The notes: generated by a model from the sequence alone, not told the origin. DNA of 64,000 nucleotides from an uncultured virus (IMG/VR IMGVR_UViG_3300047499_000163) (IMGVR_UViG_3300047499_000163), one strand, 5' to 3'; positions 28,759 to 37,480 are shown, counted from the stretch's first letter. Made by a program: numbers and translations.

Positions 28759-29135
28759 GCGGACTTGCCGCCGTTGCGGTGCGGGCGAGACTGATTGTAG
28801 GCGTCCTTCGCCAGGACTGCTTTCGCCATGTCGACGCCGTGCTCTCTCGCGGTGTCGAGGCACCGAATGAGGATGTCGGCCAGCTCCTCCTCGAGGCAAG
28901 TCAGCGGAGGAAGGCCCATCGCCTCCATCTTCTGCGCCTTGTCGCACGGCTGCTGGAGCTTGTTGTTCCGGAACGCTTCCCACATCTCCGAGACCTCGGA
29001 GTGAAGGTTGGCCACAGAAGTCGCCATCGGCACGGGCTCGTCGTGGAAGCCCTTGGAGCGGGCGCCGTTCCAGAAGTGCTCCGAGAGCTTGTCGAGGAAC
29101 CGTAGCGAGTCGATGATCGTCTTGGGCTGTTCCAT
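28755..29135 (-). CDS. MazG-like NTP pyrophosphohydrolase
   Basis: HSEVSE..EA...EELADILIR..D...K..YN..R..R.GGK. Confidence 0.85.
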   Translation of the reverse strand: MEQPKTIIDSLRFLDKLSEHFWNGARSKGFHDEPVPMATSVANLHSEVSEMWEAFRNNKLQQPCDKAQKMEAMGLPPLTCLEEELADILIRCLDTAREHGVDMAKAVLAKDAYNQSRPHRNGGKSA

Positions 29136-29217
29136 GCCCGGACGTTACATTAGGGCCAATCGCAAAGCAGCCGCGTCACCTTTACCATCCGCATCCTCTG
29201 CTTTTGCGACCAACCAG

Positions 29218-29292
29218 CGCGCCCAGGGGGATTTGAACCCGCCATCCCCGGCTTGAAAGGCCAGAAATCCTGAACCGTTAGACGATGGGCGC
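29218..29292 (-). tRNA. tRNA-Glu(TTC)
   Basis: Loop CTTTCAA. Confidence 0.85.
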
Positions 29293-29305
29293 AGTATCGT
29301 GAAAT

Positions 29306-29599
29306 ATGAACACCTGGATGAACAACCCGCAGTATCTCGCGCAGGTTGGACATTTTCTCGGTGGAGCGTCGCTCATCATGCTGACCGTGATGTTCAGCTG
29401 GAACCCACTCTGCATTTGGGCGACGTTTGGAGTCGGAGTCGTGGCCGCCGGCGTCAAAGAGTTCTGGTATGACGCCAACTACGAGCTTCCGAAGCAAACC
29501 TGGCAAGACAACCTGATGGACTTCAGCTTCTACGTCCTCGGTGGTCTTGTCGGTGTTGGCATCTCGTACGGAGCGATGCACGTTCACCGATTCTGTTAG
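29306..29599 (+). CDS. small membrane protein
   Basis: HF..G, KE..YD, D...Y..GG pattern with three TM segments. Confidence 0.7.
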   Translation: MNTWMNNPQYLAQVGHFLGGASLIMLTVMFSWNPLCIWATFGVGVVAAGVKEFWYDANYELPKQTWQDNLMDFSFYVLGGLVGVGISYGAMHVHRFC

Positions 29600-29673
29600 T
29601 TGCGGGAGCACGATTTGAACGTGCGGCCTCCAGGTTATGAGCCTGGTGAGCTACCGGGCTGCTCCATCCCGCA
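29600..29673 (-). tRNA. tRNA-Met(CAT), initiator-like
   Basis: GGAGCAGCCCGGTAGCTC D-arm, loop CTCATAA, T-loop TTCAAAT. Confidence 0.85.
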
Positions 29674-29919
29674 ATAGTGGTTTTGTTCCTTGCTTTACCG
29701 ATGGGGAAGCCGCGGGTTCATTCCGTCGAGTTCGACAACGAACACGAGGCCGTGGCTTTCGTGCGAGCACTCTTTCTGAAGGCCGTAGACGTTTGCACCT
29801 TCCGTGATGGACCGGCCGTGACGATCCTCGATGGATCGCAAGACGGCCAAGGCGTGGTCGTCGCCGAAGTGGCGAAGAGATTCGCTCCAATCGTGGTGCG
29901 AATCGGCCCGCGTTAGAGT

Positions 29920-30057
29920 TGGGGGGAAAACCGGGAGTCGAACCCGGAGGCTTGTGAGCACTACTGGATGGGCTCTTGCGAGTCCGAGGTGCAGTGCGGA
30001 GAGAGCTATTGCTCCCAACTTTTGCAGAGTTGGTGGAACACCCGTTCCAATTTCCCC
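29920..30057 (-). ncRNA. tRNA-module fusion RNA 1 (GCA anticodon-like)
   Basis: tRNA body with CCA; conserved module inserted in variable arm. Confidence 0.78.
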
Positions 30058-30082
30058 ATATGGGCTCTCTCTACGTGACTAG

Positions 30083-30206
30083 TGGCCGATCCTGGAGTCG
30101 AACCAGGCAAGCTTGTGAGCACTGCTGAGTGGGCGCGTGAGCGTCCGAGGTGCAGAGCGGAGGTTTTCCCTAAAGCATGGGAGCGGGACCCACGTCCTTA
30201 TCGGCC
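30083..30206 (-). ncRNA. tRNA-module fusion RNA 2
   Basis: Acceptor GGCCGAT/ATCGGCC, T-arm, module in variable arm. Confidence 0.75.
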
Positions 30207-30218
30207 ATTGCATGTCAA

Positions 30219-30317
30219 TTCGTCAGTAGACACAGCGCGTCCGAGGTGCGACGCGGTGTTTGCAAAACCCTATGCTTGTGAACGTCGCTGGATGGGCGCG
30301 CTGTGTCTACTGACGAA
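30219..30317 (-). ncRNA. module-only hairpin RNA 3
   Basis: About 20-bp perfect inverted repeat continuing into the module with compensatory changes. Confidence 0.72.
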
Positions 30318-30322
30318 CCAAC

Positions 30323-30456
30323 TGGAGCAGGATGAAGGACTCGAACCTTCCAAGCTTGTGAGCACTGCTGGATGGGCCCTTGCGGGTCCGAGGGGCAGAG
30401 CGGGGTGGTTTGCCTTCTGTGGAAAAGAAGTGTCGACACCCGTCGACTTATCCTGC
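30323..30456 (-). ncRNA. tRNA-module fusion RNA 4 (TCC, U73, CCA)
   Basis: GCAGGAT/ATCCTGC acceptor, 6-bp D-stem, module in variable arm. Confidence 0.78.
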
Positions 30457-30469
30457 GTATCGAGAAGTT

Positions 30470-30608
30470 TGAGAACGCGTCCGAGGTGTAGTGCGGGTTA
30501 CGGTGTTGCCACCGGCATCGGGATTCGAACCCGAAACAGACTGATCCAGATTCAGTTGGTCTACCGTTGACCTATGCTTGTGAGCACTGCTGGATGGGTG
30601 CATTCTCA
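30470..30608 (-). ncRNA. RNA 5: module as terminal stem enclosing D, anticodon and T arms
   Basis: Module halves flank GGTCAACGGTAGACC, ACTGA..TCAGT and TCGGGTTCGAATCCCGA. Confidence 0.75.
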
Positions 30609-30609
30609 G

Positions 30610-30735
30610 CGCCGGCTGAAGGAGTCGAACCTTCCAAGCTTGTGGGCTCTGCTGGATGGGCCCTTTTGGGGTCCGAGGTGCAGGGCAGTGGATTTCTCCT
30701 TAACAGGGAGGCGGCCCCCACGGGCCATAGCCGGC
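30610..30735 (-). ncRNA. tRNA-module fusion RNA 6 (GTT, G73)
   Basis: GCCGGCT/AGCCGGC acceptor, module in variable arm. Confidence 0.78.
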
Positions 30736-30776
30736 ATGTGTTGTCGTGACGAGAAAGTACAGCGAGAGAAAGGTTA

Positions 30777-30919
30777 GACCGCGTCCGAGGTGCAATGCAG
30801 TTTGCGATGTTCTCTTGCGAGGAGAATGCCTTTTCCAGTTTGGCTACACGCCCCGAAGGACGCGACGGGACTCGAACCCGCATATCGTTGCTTGTGGGCA
30901 CTGCTGAATGGGCGCAGTC
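30777..30919 (-). ncRNA. RNA 7: circularly permuted tRNA closed by module (YrlA-like Y RNA architecture)
   Basis: Order: module half, T-arm, UUCG-capped acceptor, D-arm, anticodon arm, other module half. Confidence 0.78.
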
Positions 30920-30921
30920 AG

Positions 30922-31055
30922 TGAGGGGCCTAGGATTCGAACCTAGAAAGCTTGTGGGCACTACTGAATGGGCGCTGTTAGCGTCCGAGGTGTAGCGCAG
31001 TACGCGAATGCGTCTGATTTACTGTCAGATGGGCTGCCATCGCTCGATACCCCTC
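30922..31055 (-). ncRNA. tRNA-module fusion RNA 8 (GTA, A73)
   Basis: GAGGGGT/GCCCCTC acceptor, loop CAGTAAA, module in variable arm. Confidence 0.75.
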
Positions 31056-31109
31056 AAATTGCCTCTTCCGACCCTGGGCTGCTAGCTACAAGGCAGAAAA
31101 GGCGCGGCC

Positions 31110-31138
31110 AGTTTAGCACTGGCCAGGCTCTTTGTCAA
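31110..31138 (-). promoter_or_regulatory. sigma70-type promoter for the RNA array
   Basis: TTGACA-N17-TAAACT with extended -10 TG. Confidence 0.72.
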
Positions 31139-31142
31139 GTGG

Positions 31143-31724
31143 TTATCGTGTCAGAACGACACCACCTGGCGAGATCTGGAAGCCGTGCTTGACGCCCTTG
31201 CGCAGGAAGCCCTGAACAGAGCGCGCCAAGTAGGCTGCCACTGATGCGATGAACGGAAGATTCTCGCCGTCCTCGCACGTCGGAGTCCCAGGAGCGGACC
31301 CTGAGTCGATGGTGAACGTCTCGTCCCAAACGACGCGACCGAAGGAGCCTTCACCATCGACAGCTCCATGGACGCACGGAATATGGGCTCGCCTGACAAA
31401 GCCCTGCACGATGCGACGTGCTTCGGCGTTGTCGAGGCAGTCGACCACGAGGTCGGCGCCCGAGAGAATCTGGTCGTCGTTTTCGGTCGTGAGCTTGTGA
31501 GGCACCGAACCCACCTTCAGCGTGGGCCAGAGCAGACGCACGGTCTGCTCGAATGCCTGCACCTTGAGCTTGCCGACGCCCGGCTTGCCATGGAACTGAG
31601 ACAGGGTGTTCTTCTGCTCGACCCTATCGAAGTCGATGAGCTTGAACTCGACGTCTTCCGAGCGCAGGAACTGCACGAAGTGCGATCCGAGAGCGCCCAC
31701 CCCAACTACCGTGACCTTCTTCAT
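31143..31724 (-). CDS. ThiF/E1-like adenylyltransferase
   Basis: GVGALGS, IDFDRVEQKN..SQ, K, VVDCLDN..AR, downstream Cys (PTCED). Confidence 0.88.
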   Translation of the reverse strand: MKKVTVVGVGALGSHFVQFLRSEDVEFKLIDFDRVEQKNTLSQFHGKPGVGKLKVQAFEQTVRLLWPTLKVGSVPHKLTTENDDQILSGADLVVDCLDNAEARRIVQGFVRRAHIPCVHGAVDGEGSFGRVVWDETFTIDSGSAPGTPTCEDGENLPFIASVAAYLARSVQGFLRKGVKHGFQISPGGVVLTR

Positions 31725-31739
31725 GGCGCCCTCCTACGT

Positions 31740-31955
31740 TCAGGACTCGTGAATCTTCAGCACGAACTGCAAATCGCAGTTCGGCATTATTCCCATCAGC
31801 TCACACCACTCGGGAGTAAACATCTCGACCGGCGGGCACTCGAGAATGGGGTAGAGGTCCTGGGGACGATCGACTGAGGCATCGCAGTTTCTACAAGCAG
31901 CGACTTCCTTGTAGGTACGCTCGTCTTCGTAGAAAGTGTACCAGTCGTGTTCCAT
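31740..31955 (-). CDS. small Cys-rich protein
   Basis: CRNC; ends FVLKIHES. Confidence 0.6.
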   Translation of the reverse strand: MEHDWYTFYEDERTYKEVAACRNCDASVDRPQDLYPILECPPVEMFTPEWCELMGIMPNCDLQFVLKIHES

Positions 31956-32413
31956 CAGCTCTCGTGGACTTCCTTCACCACTCGGTCGAAATCGGCGTGG
32001 GCCTCCATGATTGTCCACAGAGCTTCGGCCTTGGCTTCGACCAGAAAGTATGCCTCGCGACACTCCTGCTTGTACCAGTCCGGAGTGTCGTCCAGGAATC
32101 CGGTCCGATGGACCTGTCCCATGTACTTCTTGCCGTGCGAGAAGGCTCGCACATTGAGCAAAACGTGTCCATCGTGGACGCCGACGACCTGGCAGTAAAG
32201 CTCGGAGGCTATGTCCGAACGGTCCGGCGACCCGAAGTGCTCGGCTTTAGTCGTCCAGCAGAGCGAGAATTTGTCGCCATGCTCGCGACCATGTTCGCGA
32301 CCATGTCCCTTCAGATGGATGTGAAAGGGAAAGTTCTTGACGCCGAATTGCAGGCGCTTCATCTCCTCCACGAGATGGTGCCCGATACTCCCTGCGAGGT
32401 CCGACAGCCGCAT
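31955..32413 (-). CDS. hypothetical protein
   Basis: Ends VVKEVHES. Confidence 0.65.
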   Translation of the reverse strand: MRLSDLAGSIGHHLVEEMKRLQFGVKNFPFHIHLKGHGREHGREHGDKFSLCWTTKAEHFGSPDRSDIASELYCQVVGVHDGHVLLNVRAFSHGKKYMGQVHRTGFLDDTPDWYKQECREAYFLVEAKAEALWTIMEAHADFDRVVKEVHES

Positions 32414-32421
32414 GCGGAAGA

Positions 32422-32703
32422 TTACAGCGCTTCGTCGCTACGTGCGGCCTCGATGAAATCGACCTCCCACAGGTTCTTGCCGCGCATCTGCTCGGTTCTT
32501 TCGGAGTCCTCGTCGAGCTTTTCGAAACCCATCTCGTCGAGCAGAATCATGCAGTGAGCCGCGGCAAGCATGTGATGCCTGTCCGGGTCGCCTCGAGGGT
32601 CGCCGAGGCAAACGCGAATGATAGACCGCAAACGCTGCTCGACGGAAAGCGTCGGAGAGGGTTTCCCCGACGCTTTCCGGAGCGGTTTGGCGTCCTTACT
32701 CAT
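32422..32703 (-). CDS. hypothetical protein
   Basis: MSKDAK...; start overlaps Ubl stop. Confidence 0.5.
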   Translation of the reverse strand: MSKDAKPLRKASGKPSPTLSVEQRLRSIIRVCLGDPRGDPDRHHMLAAAHCMILLDEMGFEKLDEDSERTEQMRGKNLWEVDFIEAARSDEAL

Positions 32704-32981
32704 CCGAATTCGACCTTGGGCCGAATGTCGATGAGGTTGTGCTCCCGGACGCCCGGGACGGGCGGGAACCTGTCGATCACGTAGTCCTGCAGACGGACGT
32801 TCGCATCCGCGTCGATGCCCGGGACGCCGCCAGTGCGGATCGCCTCGGCCACCCATCCACGGATATCTCCGTCGCCTGCGTCGAACGTCACGGGATCGGG
32901 CAGCTCCCCGTACTGACGCTTGTAGGTGATGTTCACTCGCGCCTGGTGCGGCGCGATCACCCTTGCCAATGCTTCGACCAT
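32700..32981 (-). CDS. putative ubiquitin-like (beta-grasp) protein
   Basis: 93 aa ending RPKVEFG-stop; lies between JAB and ThiF genes. Confidence 0.65.
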   Translation of the reverse strand: MVEALARVIAPHQARVNITYKRQYGELPDPVTFDAGDGDIRGWVAEAIRTGGVPGIDADANVRLQDYVIDRFPPVPGVREHNLIDIRPKVEFG

Positions 32982-33000
32982 TCTCAGTGCTCCTTTCTGG

Positions 33001-33453
33001 CTATGCCGTTACCTGGTTCCTGCGGCTTCTCTGTCGCAGCTCCCCGGCCCAGGTGGGTTCGACTTCGAGGAGCGACGTCTTGTAGTGATACGGATCAGGA
33101 CCGACCCAACGTGAGAGAGTGACCTTCCTGGTGACGATCCACCAGTCGAATCTCAGGTCCAGCCCGAGTTCGATTCCTGCGAAGGTCGTGATGTCCATGT
33201 GCGAAGGCTCGATGAAGCCTTCGGGATGCGAGTGCGCGAAGCCCGCGATGTCCTTCCAGTTGTCCCGGAAGAACTCCCACAGCTCACGCGCTCCGGAAAG
33301 CACCGGCGTGTTGAAGACGCGCTGGTCGTCCGGAAGATGCCCGGAGCTTGCGCCCGCGGGCTGATGCCACCGAAGTGGCTTGCCGTTCTTTCCGACGACT
33401 ACGCCTGCCTCGATGAATGAGGGCTTGAGATCGTGAAGATTGACCAGGTTCAT
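33001..33453 (-). CDS. JAB/MPN (JAMM) metallopeptidase
   Basis: N-terminal E..G then HSHP.....PS..D. Confidence 0.85.
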   Translation of the reverse strand: MNLVNLHDLKPSFIEAGVVVGKNGKPLRWHQPAGASSGHLPDDQRVFNTPVLSGARELWEFFRDNWKDIAGFAHSHPEGFIEPSHMDITTFAGIELGLDLRFDWWIVTRKVTLSRWVGPDPYHYKTSLLEVEPTWAGELRQRSRRNQVTA

Positions 33454-33469
33454 TTGCCACCTCCAATCG

Positions 33470-33706
33470 TCACGATTCCATGATCTCTCGGACGATCGAA
33501 ATTCTGATTTGCTCGGCGAAGGCTTGCGCCTGCGTGCCGGCTGCGCGCGCCATGAACGGCGACGGGAAACAACGGACTCTACATTTGCAGAACGCGCATT
33601 CGGCCAGCCAGGATGGCGGCATCGTGTATTGCTCTTCGAACTCGTCGGGTTCGCCCTCGTTGGTTGCCCCGCATTCGGTGCTGCGAGGAGCCTGGACGAC
33701 TTTCAT
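33470..33706 (-). CDS. small Zn-finger protein
   Basis: CAFC; ends IVREIMES. Confidence 0.55.
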   Translation of the reverse strand: MKVVQAPRSTECGATNEGEPDEFEEQYTMPPSWLAECAFCKCRVRCFPSPFMARAAGTQAQAFAEQIRISIVREIMES

Positions 33707-33957
33707 CGCACAAGCTCGGCATACCGGTGAATCCGGCCGAGTGCTTGCGGATCTTGCTCGAAGTTCTTGCAGGTCCCGCCGCGGTAAATGCTCAGATACC
33801 TGCGGCTCTCGGTGTGCTTCTGGTGCTCGTACGTGAACTGGTTGCACTCTCCCCATTCGCCCGAAGGCGCGGGAAAGGACGAATGGACGCAGAGACCGCA
33901 CGTCTTGGGGACGTGGTAGTCGATCTCCCGCAGCTTCTCCAGCTTGTTAGCGTCCAT
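33703..33957 (-). CDS. small Cys/His-rich protein
   Basis: CGLCVH...C...H..H...C. Confidence 0.7.
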   Translation of the reverse strand: MDANKLEKLREIDYHVPKTCGLCVHSSFPAPSGEWGECNQFTYEHQKHTESRRYLSIYRGGTCKNFEQDPQALGRIHRYAELVR

Positions 33958-33961
33958 TCGC

Positions 33962-34930
33962 TCAGTCCTCGTAATCGTCCTGGTCGTAGTCTCCGCCGCC
34001 TACATGGCGGAACACCACGAGCCTACCTTCTCGAACAGCCTGCCGGATGACGCCAGGCAGCGACTCCAGAGTGAGTCTGTCGTCGTACCTAGTGCCGGTC
34101 GCGTGGCTCGTCAAGCAGATACCTGAGTCGATGATGCGAAGCGTCGCCCCATCGCAAACGCACTCGAAGTTGCGCCTGTCGACAGAGAACGTAACGATCA
34201 TCTCCCCACGTTGCGGCGCCTGCCTGTGATCCAGGTAGACCGCGCCGCCTGCCGCGAGAGCTGCGCGAGCAGCCTCCGCGAAGTCGATTGCAGCCATCTG
34301 TCGACGGCCGATGCCCGTACCGAGCGTCTGTGCAATCTGCGCACGGCGCTCCTCTTGCGCACGGCGCTCTTCTTCGCGACGCTGGCGCTCGAGTTCCGCA
34401 CGCCTGCGTTCGGCCTCCGCCCTCTGCCAAGACTCCATGCGGAACGCGGCGTCGAGGGCGGGAGTGACGTCTTTGATGTCGGCCACCGAAGTAGCACGCG
34501 CGCGGTAGGCCGCGAGCACGGCGTCTTCGGGACCCAGCGGAAAGTCCTGTCGGACGAAGATGAGTTCCGAATCATCTACGACTCGACCCGCAATGATGCG
34601 GGCAAACCTGTCGAGTCCAAGCTCGATGAGCTGCACGGGCTCGGACTGCTCGGCGATCTTGCCGGGCTCCGGATTGACGTTCTGTCCGTCCGGAACGAGA
34701 CGGTCGCCGATGAGGTAGCCGTGCACGACTGCGCACAGCGATTCCTCGCGCGGGTCTGCCTTCTTGGACAGCGCAGCCTTGCGGCCCGCTATCGTCCATT
34801 CGTACCAGCCGGGCTCCCGCGGTAGCCGGCCGCCGATCTCCCAAACACGCTCGCCAGAGCGGAGAGAGCGACCACCGAGCCACGGAAGCACTATGGCTTC
34901 GGGCTTTGCAAGTAGCTCTCTCCAGCTCAT
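33962..34930 (-). CDS. hypothetical protein, candidate E2-like C-terminal domain
   Basis: Charged coiled coil then IIDSGICL...LTLESL..VI, resembling the E2 active-site region. Confidence 0.55.
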   Translation of the reverse strand: MSWRELLAKPEAIVLPWLGGRSLRSGERVWEIGGRLPREPGWYEWTIAGRKAALSKKADPREESLCAVVHGYLIGDRLVPDGQNVNPEPGKIAEQSEPVQLIELGLDRFARIIAGRVVDDSELIFVRQDFPLGPEDAVLAAYRARATSVADIKDVTPALDAAFRMESWQRAEAERRRAELERQRREEERRAQEERRAQIAQTLGTGIGRRQMAAIDFAEAARAALAAGGAVYLDHRQAPQRGEMIVTFSVDRRNFECVCDGATLRIIDSGICLTSHATGTRYDDRLTLESLPGVIRQAVREGRLVVFRHVGGGDYDQDDYED

Positions 34931-34945
34931 GGCTAGCGTTACTCC

Positions 34946-36907
34946 TCAAGCTGCTGCATTTGCGGCGCCTACCTCGGGCTCGGCCCAGGCAGGCTTCTTG
35001 AGCAAGTCGGTCTTGAGAATCGTCTCCACGAGCGAGACGCGGACGGGTGCCCGTGGGGCAGCCGCCATCCCATAACCGACCGGTGTTGCGGCGATCAGGT
35101 TGCGGATCGTACGCGGGATAGCGTATGGGTCTGCGAACATCCGCTCGTCGATCTCGAAGCACGGAATCCCGAGCTGCTGCGCCGTGACGCGGACCTTGTC
35201 GGACCGTCCGTAGCGCGGGCTCACGATCGGGATCAGACCGAATGCGACCGGGTTGAGGCCCGAGTTCTGCACTGCGGCCGTGAACGGCCTCTCGTTGCCC
35301 TCGTCACCCACGAAGATGAAGAGAACATCCTCGTCTGCCTTCGGCTTGTGGCCCTGGAGAACCCAAATGCCCTGGCCGTAGTCCGTGCCGCCTCCTGCCT
35401 GGAAACCTGCGAAAGCGTTCTCCACGCCGGCTGCGGACGAGTGACGAATGGTGACTTCACGGCCCGTGGTGCTGAACACCGAGACGTGAAGCTGCTCGAG
35501 CGGGAATGCCGGAAGGAGCTTCTTGATCGCCTCCTTCGCAGCGGGGATTGCTCCCTCCATGGACCCGGAGATGTCGACGATGAAGTAGACTCGAAGGTTG
35601 CGCATGACTTCCGCGACCTGCTCCTTGAGCGCGGTCTCGGCAGCCCCCTGCAGAGCCTCCTTCGCCTCCTTCGACTGCACGCGCTTGGCGATGTTCTGCG
35701 CGCGCATGTCCGTCTGACGCTTCATCGCAGCGTCCCACCGGGCCTTGGTGTCGGGGTGCCGGAGCAACCCGAGTTCCTCGATGGTGGGAGTCGCCAGGAT
35801 GAGGTCCTTGTCCGAGAGGCAGCCTGTCTGAATGGCCGCCGCCATGATCGCCGGCGTGATTCCGATTGCTGCAGGCACCAGCGTACCGATGACCTTGTAG
35901 CTCGGCTTCTCGCGCGTGATCTTCTGGCAGATCTCTTCCTCCGTCAGGGCCGCCCACGACTCGGCTTCCGCCACTGCCGTGTTGAGCACCTGACGACGGC
36001 CGTCGTCAGCCTGTCCCTGCTTCCAGCGCAGCACGTTGAAGAACGCAGGAGTCTCCGGCTTGTAACCCGAGAACTCCGCGAGCTGCATGACCGCAGTACG
36101 CTGACCGCTCTTGACCAGTCCCTTGAGCAGCTTGGGGTTGTGCTCGCGGAACTTGAGCCACTTGTGGACGGCGCGCTCCCAGCGTCCGAGCTGCGGCTTG
36201 CGGGCCGAAGCAGAGAAGCCGAGTTCACGGTTGATCTGCGCTACCTGAGGCAGGCAGAGCATGTCGCGTGCGCGCAGCAAGTGCTTGGCATCCAGGTGGA
36301 TTTCCTCGCCCTTGCCGTTCTTGACGTTCGCCAGGAACATCGCCTCGCCGACGTCGCGGAAGTCCAGGTCACGGAAAGCCTCCTTGCCGTCCTCCATGAT
36401 GGGATCGCCCTTGCGGGACTGAACCAGCATGAACGCGGCAAGGGCGACCTTCATGTCGAGGTGCTCCTGCATGAACGCGTACGAAGCCCACTTGGCAGTG
36501 AACTCGTGGTCGAGCTGGAAGACGGCCGCGATCTGGCGGTAAAGCCAGGCCGCGACTTCGGGCACGATGCCACCCGGTCGGTATTCACCGATTCGGATGC
36601 CGACGTCGTTGATGACGCTGTTGTCGTCCAAGACCGTGCCGATTCGCACCGGGTTGGTCGTGGGGATCATCTTGCCCTTGACGCGCTTCATGGGGCCCTT
36701 GTCCTGACGGTAGGCCACCTTCACGCCGTTCTCGAGCTTCCACTTGGTGTAGCTCCACTTGATGCCCGTGGGAGAAGTCGGGTCGGGCGAGACCACACCA
36801 GGGCGATTGTGGACCATGTGGTCCGACTCGCCCCTCTGCCCTACGGCCAGAACGGTCTGAATGATCCGCTCCGCCGGTCCCAGGTTTTCGTTTGCCATGA
36901 GTGCCAC
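34946..36907 (-). CDS. TROVE (Ro60/Rsr)-like protein with C-terminal vWA domain
   Basis: DHEFTAKWASY (TROVE-like D.EF..K.A.Y), helical body, MIDAS DISGSM, GGTD, VGDEG. Confidence 0.72.
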   Translation of the reverse strand: MALMANENLGPAERIIQTVLAVGQRGESDHMVHNRPGVVSPDPTSPTGIKWSYTKWKLENGVKVAYRQDKGPMKRVKGKMIPTTNPVRIGTVLDDNSVINDVGIRIGEYRPGGIVPEVAAWLYRQIAAVFQLDHEFTAKWASYAFMQEHLDMKVALAAFMLVQSRKGDPIMEDGKEAFRDLDFRDVGEAMFLANVKNGKGEEIHLDAKHLLRARDMLCLPQVAQINRELGFSASARKPQLGRWERAVHKWLKFREHNPKLLKGLVKSGQRTAVMQLAEFSGYKPETPAFFNVLRWKQGQADDGRRQVLNTAVAEAESWAALTEEEICQKITREKPSYKVIGTLVPAAIGITPAIMAAAIQTGCLSDKDLILATPTIEELGLLRHPDTKARWDAAMKRQTDMRAQNIAKRVQSKEAKEALQGAAETALKEQVAEVMRNLRVYFIVDISGSMEGAIPAAKEAIKKLLPAFPLEQLHVSVFSTTGREVTIRHSSAAGVENAFAGFQAGGGTDYGQGIWVLQGHKPKADEDVLFIFVGDEGNERPFTAAVQNSGLNPVAFGLIPIVSPRYGRSDKVRVTAQQLGIPCFEIDERMFADPYAIPRTIRNLIAATPVGYGMAAAPRAPVRVSLVETILKTDLLKKPAWAEPEVGAANAAA

Positions 36908-37014
36908 CTCATCACTTCCCTTTTGGGAAGTGCGCTAAGATTACACGTCCGCGGGCTCTTAGCTTACGCCGAGTCCATTTGTGTAATCGGTTGCTGTTCT
37001 AACTTCGAACAGAG

Positions 37015-37087
37015 TTGCGGGGAGAGGGATCGAACCTCTGACCTTCGGCGTATGAAACCGACGCGCTAACCGCTGCGCCACCCCACA
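37015..37087 (-). tRNA. tRNA-Met(CAT)
   Basis: Loop TTCATAC. Confidence 0.85.
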
Positions 37088-37091
37088 ATAA

Positions 37092-37382
37092 CTACTCGCC
37101 CGTGCCCGGAATCTTGGTGCGCTTTCCGGTGTCGGGCTCCGAGATGATCACCGCTGGCACACTGTTGGGAGCAGGAGCCGGAACGGGGATCGTTGACCTA
37201 TCCAGTTCGTCCCGCACGTTGGCGACCTCGTTCAGAGATACGACCTCAACGTGCTCGACGTGACCTAGAGCCGCCATTTGCGAGAGGTAACTCTCGATGT
37301 GCTTCTCTATAGTCGGGATGTCTGGCCTGTTTTGGAAATTGCTCCGGAAATGGAGGATAACCCGGAAGAGTTCTCCAGCCAT
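37092..37382 (-). CDS. hypothetical protein
   Basis: 96-aa ORF between tRNAs. Confidence 0.6.
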   Translation of the reverse strand: MAGELFRVILHFRSNFQNRPDIPTIEKHIESYLSQMAALGHVEHVEVVSLNEVANVRDELDRSTIPVPAPAPNSVPAVIISEPDTGKRTKIPGTGE

Positions 37383-37407
37383 ACTGGAACAGTTTACAAG
37401 AAGCCGG

Positions 37408-37480
37408 AGCTGGTGAAGGGAATCGAACCCCCGACATCCTTTTTACGAAAGAGGTGCTCTACCAACTGAGCTACACCAGC
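37408..37480 (-). tRNA. tRNA-Thr(CGT)
   Basis: Loop TTCGTAA. Confidence 0.9.

Noticed and set aside
29920..31055. CRISPR array
   Set aside because: The repeats are bipartite, vary in order and spacing, and are embedded in tRNA bodies; no cas genes are present.
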